Made by a program: the position numbers and the translations under genes. Shown piece after piece: positions 57,261-64,000 of a stretch of DNA of 64,000 nucleotides. The first letter of the stretch is position 1, and each line of letters begins with the position of its first letter. The notes below the pieces were generated by a model. That model was not told the origin of the DNA and ran no database searches. It worked only from the letters and a program-made list of their open reading frames with translations. Origin of the DNA: Octopus vulgaris (taxonomy: Eukaryota); contig OX597821.1 in the NCBI GenBank assembly GCA_951406725.2, forward strand, positions 38,068,001 to 38,132,000, written 5' to 3'.

Positions 57261-57800
57261 CCTACTGGTAACATGTAACCCAGTACAACCTGTTGCATGG
57301 TCGGGTCGTCGGCGACTAAACCGGCAACCCCACCAAGCTTGCTTGGTGAGGAGGGTATTTATTGGACACCCTGCGGGATGAAAAACAAAACCCGTAAAAG
57401 GGCGGAGGAACTCTTGAGAGTCAATGGCCATCCAATAAATGTCTTAAGGATGTATCATGCGCGGGGACATAGAAATAATCGGACTGAATACCTGATCGCG
57501 CGGTTAAACCATTGGGAGTGAAGGACTGCCAGCCTTTGTTAGGGTATCCTTCTAGGAGAAGGTAACTCAGGTAACTGGGATAACTCCAACATAAAACTTG
57601 CGGCTCAGTGGTTACCGATGATGTTGGCTTGTTCTTCTTTTCGGATTATGGCTGCTGTTGCTTAGTGAGTGAGATTGATTCAGTGCACCGCCTTTCCTCA
57701 CTTTAAAAAAAATCTTCTTGCACAGGCATTGCCCGATAACAACATTGATTAAGCTTCGTGCAATGGCCATACTCGATAACGAGGGGGCAGCCACCATGTA
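57261..57800 (+). mobile_element. Non-autonomous RTE-related element with (TATG)n tail, copy 2
   Basis: Homologous to 23520-24076. No ORF, ends ..gagggggcagccaccATG(TATG)n. Confidence 0.7.
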
Positions 57801-58500
57801 TGTATGTATGTATGTATGTATGTATGTATGTATGTATGTATGTATGTATGTATGTATGTGTATGCTATTTATGTAACTAGGTATTGAATATAGTAAATCT
57901 TAACTATTCCTAAAGATAATACGAGTATGAAGGAGAAGAGTATGAAGTAGATATAAATGTGTAGAAGAATAAAATCGTTCGTATATAATTTTGGACAATC
58001 AAGACCGAAACTATAGAGGCACAATAAAATTGTTATCGACTGTAGCAAGTTAATCATCCCTATCACAACAGCAATCAGCATCGATTAGTCTCTTATATTC
58101 AGTTGTGTCATAAAGTACAATATTTTATAATATTTCAGCTCATGTCGCCTTCTATAAATTTAGCTTAATTTTGATTAAATATGATCACTGGATATGTTGA
58201 AGCTTTGAGACGATAAGATGGAATGAAGAGTCGATAATTTGGTTTGGAATTTGTGGCTATCGGCTGAAATTTATTTGGCTTTTAATATTCGTTTCTTCTG
58301 CAAGAATCAAGTAATCAAAGCCGTTTTCATTTGATATAATACTTCTAGAATTTCAGTTTGATCTGCTGATAAAATATTCCCCAAAGATGAATTTCGTTCA
58401 GAAATTATAGCAAAACTCGAAATTTAAGGAAGAAAAAATTTAGAGAGTTACTACCACCAAACCTAACTGATTGTAATATAGCATAATACAATATAGTACC

Positions 58501-58920
<420 letters not shown>

Positions 58921-60815
58921 ACACTCAACCCCAAAGTGTTCTTTTCATTTGCGAGGAAACGCAGGGTCACTGTCTCCACTGTAGGCCCTCTAATTGACGA
59001 AACTGGCACTCTCCAAGATAATGCCAAATCCATGGCCGAGATACTGCAGAAACAATACTGCTCTGTTTTCAGCAATCCTGATATGGCCGATCTGGGCTGT
59101 ATCAGTGATGTCAACCCCCAACACACTATATCGGACATAACGTTTAGTGCCCCTGATGTCTTAGCGGCGATAAACGAAATAAAACACAATTCAGCAGTAG
59201 GCCCCGATAGGTTCCCTGCTTGTGTCCTGAAGGTGTGTCGACACCAACTTGCATCTCCCCTTGCTAATCTGTGGAGAAACTCACTGGATGCTGGCTATAT
59301 TCCAAAAAAACCTTCTGTCCCAGTCTGTTGTCCCAGTTTTCAAAAAGGGAAACAAGTCCCTTGCAGTGAATTACCGTCCGATCTCACTCACCTCTCATAT
59401 CATCAAGGTATTTGAGAGGGTGGTGAATAACCCAATTTCTGGAAAGCAACAGACGGCTGATCTCCAACCAACATGGGTTCCGTAATGGAAGGGACTGCCT
59501 AACGCAGCTCCTGCATCACTTTGAGGACATTTTGAGAGCTTTGGGAGAGGGCTCCAACACCGATGTCATCTACCTTGATTTCAGTAAGGCCTTCGACAGG
59601 GTCGATCACAAGATCCTATTGAAAAAACTATCCAACATTGGTGTCTCTGGAAAGTTACTGAAATGGATTAAGTGTTTCCTGACAGACAGATCTCAACATG
59701 TTGTAGTTGAAGGGGTAAAATCAAGCCCAGCCAAAGTCAGTAGTGGCGTTCCGCAAGGCACTGTGCTGGGCCCACTTCTTTTCATCATTTACATTAATGA
59801 CATTAATGACATCATCAAGCACAGCAACATAAAAATCTTTGCAGATGACTCCAAGATACAGAAGGTCATAAATGAGGCGAGTGACCGGACATGCCTTCAG
59901 TCAGATCTACTGGCTGTTATCCAATGGGCAGAAAAAAACAATATGCTGCTGAACGAGGATAAATTTGAGCTAATCCACTTTGGAAAAGAGGATGCCCTGA
60001 AACTCCCATACTCCCTTCCTTCAGGTGAAACTCTCGCGGCGTCCAACAACATCAGAGACTTGGGAGTAATTGTGGACAACAACGTAAGCTGGGCCACTCA
60101 TATAAACACCAAAGTTGACATGGCCCGCAGAATGTGTTCCTGGATTCTCAGAACTTTCCAGTCGAGAGATATCCACACCATTATCCTTCTCTTCTCCACT
60201 TTTGCCCGACCCCACCTTGAATACTGTTGTCCACTGTGGTCTCCCCACACAATACAAGGTATCAAAAAAGTCGAAGCACCTCAAAGGGCAATCACAAAAA
60301 AGATAGATGGCATGACAGGCCTCGACTATTGGGGTCGACTAGAAAAGCTAAAACTCTATTCTCTCCAACGTCGTCGTGAGCGCTACATCATCTGCATGAT
60401 GTGGAAAATATTCCATCAGCATTGCCCAAATGATGTTGGCATCACCTTTAAGGTACATCCAAGGCTTGGGCCCCGTGCCATCCGCCCAAAACAAAAATCG
60501 CACTCTCATCTCATAACAACAATACGGCACAATTATTTCACCTCAATTGGCCCCGCTCTCTTTAACATTACACCAAAACACATTAAAACAGAAACTGACC
60601 CTATAGGGTTCAAGAAGTCTTTGGACAGATTCCTTCAAGAAATCCCGGATAAACCCCCTACACCCGGATATGTCTCTGTAAACAATAACTCTCTACTTGA
60701 GTGGGCCATAGTGCCCAAATTCTGACTTGAAAGACTTCACCAGGTGGTGCTATTAAGTTAGACATGGCCTGGGCCAATAATGGCCGAAACCTATCAAAGT
60801 ATCAAAGTATCAAAG
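58921..60815 (+). mobile_element. 5'-truncated CR1-group (Jockey/CR1/L2 superfamily) LINE, RT domain plus 3' UTR and tail
   Basis: Motifs [12 protein letters not shown]-like [73 protein letters not shown]. Two frameshifts (A7 run near 59304-59310; deletion near 59425). 3' stem-loop GGCCA-ATAA-TGGCC (60772-60785) and (TATCAAAG)3 tail (60792-60815). Flanked on both sides by (TA)n arrays. Confidence 0.93.
59532..60725 (+). pseudogene. Reverse transcriptase ORF2 remnant of the LINE (397 uninterrupted codons)
   Basis: ORF track 59532..60725 carries the RT catalytic FADD motif. The upstream part is frameshifted and the endonuclease is missing. Confidence 0.88.
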
Positions 60816-60915
60816 TATATGTATATGTATATATATATATGTATATGTATATATGTATATATGTATATGTATATATATATGTATATATATATATGTATGT
60901 ATATATATGTATATG

Positions 60916-60946
<31 letters not shown>

Positions 60947-60947
60947 G

Positions 60948-61000
<53 letters not shown>

Positions 61001-61060
61001 GTATATATATATATGTATGTATATGTATATATATATATGTATATATATATATGTATGCAT

Positions 61061-61092
<32 letters not shown>

Positions 61093-61099
61093 GTATATG

Positions 61100-61146
<47 letters not shown>

Positions 61147-61175
61147 ATATATATGTATATATATATATGTATATG

Positions 61176-61226
<51 letters not shown>

Positions 61227-61555
61227 GTATATGTATATATATATATGTATATGTATATATATATATGTATATATATATGTATATATATATACATATATAT
61301 ATATATGTATATATATACATATATATATATATGTATATATATATGTATATGTATATATATATACATATATATATATATGTATATATATATATATGTATGT
61401 ATATATATATGTATATATATATATATGTATGTATATATATATGTATGTATGTATATATATATATATGTATATATATATGTATGTATATATATATATGTAT
61501 ATATATATATGTGTATATATATATGTATATATATATGTATATATATATGTATATA

Positions 61556-61600
<45 letters not shown>

Positions 61601-61735
61601 GTATATATATATGTATATATATATATATGTATATAGATATATATGTATATATATATGTATATAGATATATATGTATATATATATATGTATATAGATATAT
61701 ATGTATATATATATATATATATATAGATACATATA
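60816..61735. repeat. (TA)n/(TATG) array 3' of the LINE
   Basis: Direct inspection. Confidence 0.96.
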
Positions 61736-62124
61736 ATATTCTTATTTAATTAAAAATACGTAAGAAAGCTATTACGTTATTTGGTTTCCTGCAGATGTAT
61801 ATAATGATCATACGTAATGAAATGGATGTAATTTACAGTAAAAACACAATTCATGATGTCAAACGAAATATAAGAACTGTTTTTATTTTTATTATTTTAC
61901 AGCATCTCCCTTAAAAAAGAAATGATACATAATAACAAGCGTTACATTATCTATTCAATGCGCAAAGTTATGAAAATATATTTCGATTTGATAATATTAA
62001 TAAAATTAAGTTGATATGAGACTTTGTTAAAACTTCATTGGCAATTGCCTCGTGTTGTCACGACTTGGGTTTCATGTCACAGAATGTTGATATATACATG
62101 TGTGTCTATTGTATGTGAGTGTGT

Positions 62125-62523
62125 TTATATATATATATGTATGTATATACGTATGTATGTGTATGTATATATGTATGTATATATGTATGTATATATATAT
62201 ATGTATATATGTATGTATATAAATATGTGTGTATATGTATGTATATACATATATGTATGTATATATATATATATGTATATATATGTATGTATATGTATAT
62301 ATATGTATGTATATGTATATATATGTATGTATATATATATATATATGTATGTATTCGGGGTTAACCACAGTAAATAAGGTACTCAATACATAGCAGAGTA
62401 AAATTAATTTATTATATAGAAGGAGCTTCTACAGGACTAGAACTGTTTCATTCAAGAGAAATCATCATATATGTATGTATATATATATATATGTATGTAT
62501 ATATATGTATATATATATATATG

Positions 62524-62600
<77 letters not shown>
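62125..62600. repeat. (TA)n/(TATG) arrays interrupted by a short insert at 62353-62468
   Basis: Direct inspection. Confidence 0.9.
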
Positions 62601-62603
<3 letters not shown>

Positions 62604-62939
62604 GAAGACTGACTCAAGTACTTTTGATAGAGAAGATTCCATTAAAGGCTTCCAAGGTTCAAGGCGCAGGGCTTAAACTTTGCAGTGGATCAAGACTCTC
62701 CTCCATGTAGGACATGGTTGGAACTGAGCCCAGAACGAAAATAAAAAGCGGTGGGACAAATACCGCAAGATCCGACGTTCTTAAGAGTCTCACCAACCCA
62801 CAACCTTTATTGGTTCATTTTTATCGATGACGAAATGACGAAAGGCAACCTTAGGATTTGAAATCATGGCGCTCTGATGAGTCTGCGCATCCTACCTTCC
62901 CATGAAAAGTTAACAATACTAGACGCATACAAAATATTG

Positions 62940-63372
62940 TTTTCTACTCTAGGCACAAGGCCCGAAATTCGGGGGGGGGGGCACAGTCGATCAGATCAAC
63001 CTCAGTACGCAACTGGTACTTAATTTTTCGACCTCGAAAAGATGCAAGGCAAACTGGACCTCGGTGGAATTTGAAATCAGAAATATTCTCTTGAAGGCGG
63101 CGAGCTGGCAGAAACGTTAGCACGCAGGGCGAAATGCTTAGCTGTATTTTGTGTGCCGCTACGTTCTGAGTTCAAATTCCGCCGAGGTCGACTTTGCCTT
63201 TCATCCTTTCGGGGTCGATTAAATAAGTACCAGTTACGCACTGGGGTCGATATCATCGACTTAATCCGTTTGTCTGTCCTTGTTTGTCCTCTCTGTGTTT
63301 AGCCCCTTGTGGGTAGTAAAGAAATAGGAATTTGAAATCAGAACGTAAAGACGGACGAAATACCGCTAAGAC
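62940..63372. mobile_element. SINE family B (-) with a nested long-tailed family B copy (+, 63083-63326)
   Basis: 17-bp target-site duplication GGAATTTGAAATCAGAA at 63066-63082 and 63327-63343. Confidence 0.88.
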
Positions 63373-63717
63373 GAATATACAACTCAGACGATCTACCACA
63401 GTGTTAGCTTAATGTATGACTGTCGTTTATAAAACTAAGCAATCAATAGTATTGCTAGGGAAAGAAATCGGGGTAGATTTTTCCGAGGAAGAGAACAAAG
63501 AATCGTGAAACGGTCAGTCAGGAGATTCTCTACTCTTATCTCTGCTCATCAATGTTATAAGGAACGTGTTTACATTTGTACTTCATCTCATAACAATGTA
63601 GTGCTGATGTATGCCGTGTTGTGCATTTTATATATATATGTGTGTGTGAGCGTGTGTGTGTGCGTGTGGTCTTTTGTGCATATGTATGTTTTTTTTTTAC
63701 GTGTGTGTATGTGTGTG

Positions 63718-64000
63718 TGAAGGCTCGTCGCCTAGTGATTGGGCGTGTTGCACTCACGACCTTGAGACTGTGGCGGCGATTGTAAGACCGGCTGCGTGTT
63801 GTGTTCTTGAGCAAAACTCTTCCTTCCACGTTGTTTCAGTTCACTCAGCCGTAAATGACTGACCCTGCGACAGAGTAGCCATCCGACCACAACAATGTTG
63901 CCAGTAGTATCATTAAAAGAACAACAACAAGACAATAGCTAAAACAATGCAAAGCGTATTTTGACAAACCTTATATATAGTTACATCCGATAGTCTGGTC
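63718..64000 (+). mobile_element. tRNA-derived SINE related to family C
   Basis: tRNA-like head, ttgtgttcttgagcaaaac core, and tail shared with 38031-38340. Confidence 0.65.

Noticed and set aside
61795-61820. Possible next PTP exon after ttcctgcAG (contains gatcatacg as in exon 45010)
   Set aside because: The DHT-reading frame hits a stop within a few codons and there is no PTP motif, so this is a chance 9-mer.

Overview
This is eukaryotic, very AT-rich, microsatellite-dense DNA. The SINE repertoire resembles that of Octopus/coleoid cephalopods (inferred from repeat recognition, not a database search). The window is almost all intronic and contains small + strand exons of a receptor-type protein tyrosine phosphatase: a juxtamembrane exon, then KNRY, DYINANY and YIAAQG exons of the D1 domain. 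The gene continues beyond the window. The introns carry several tRNA-derived SINE families (tandem and nested), a young 5'-truncated CR1-group LINE inside a (TA)n array, stacked R4/Dong-like LINE ends in (TAA)n, and RTE-type 3' ends, one with three C2H2 fingers. They also hold a Penelope-like ORF remnant and several short elements with minimal hammerhead-ribozyme-like folds. Nearly all ORFs in the supplied track are microsatellite artefacts. No prokaryote-type system (CRISPR, operon) is present.
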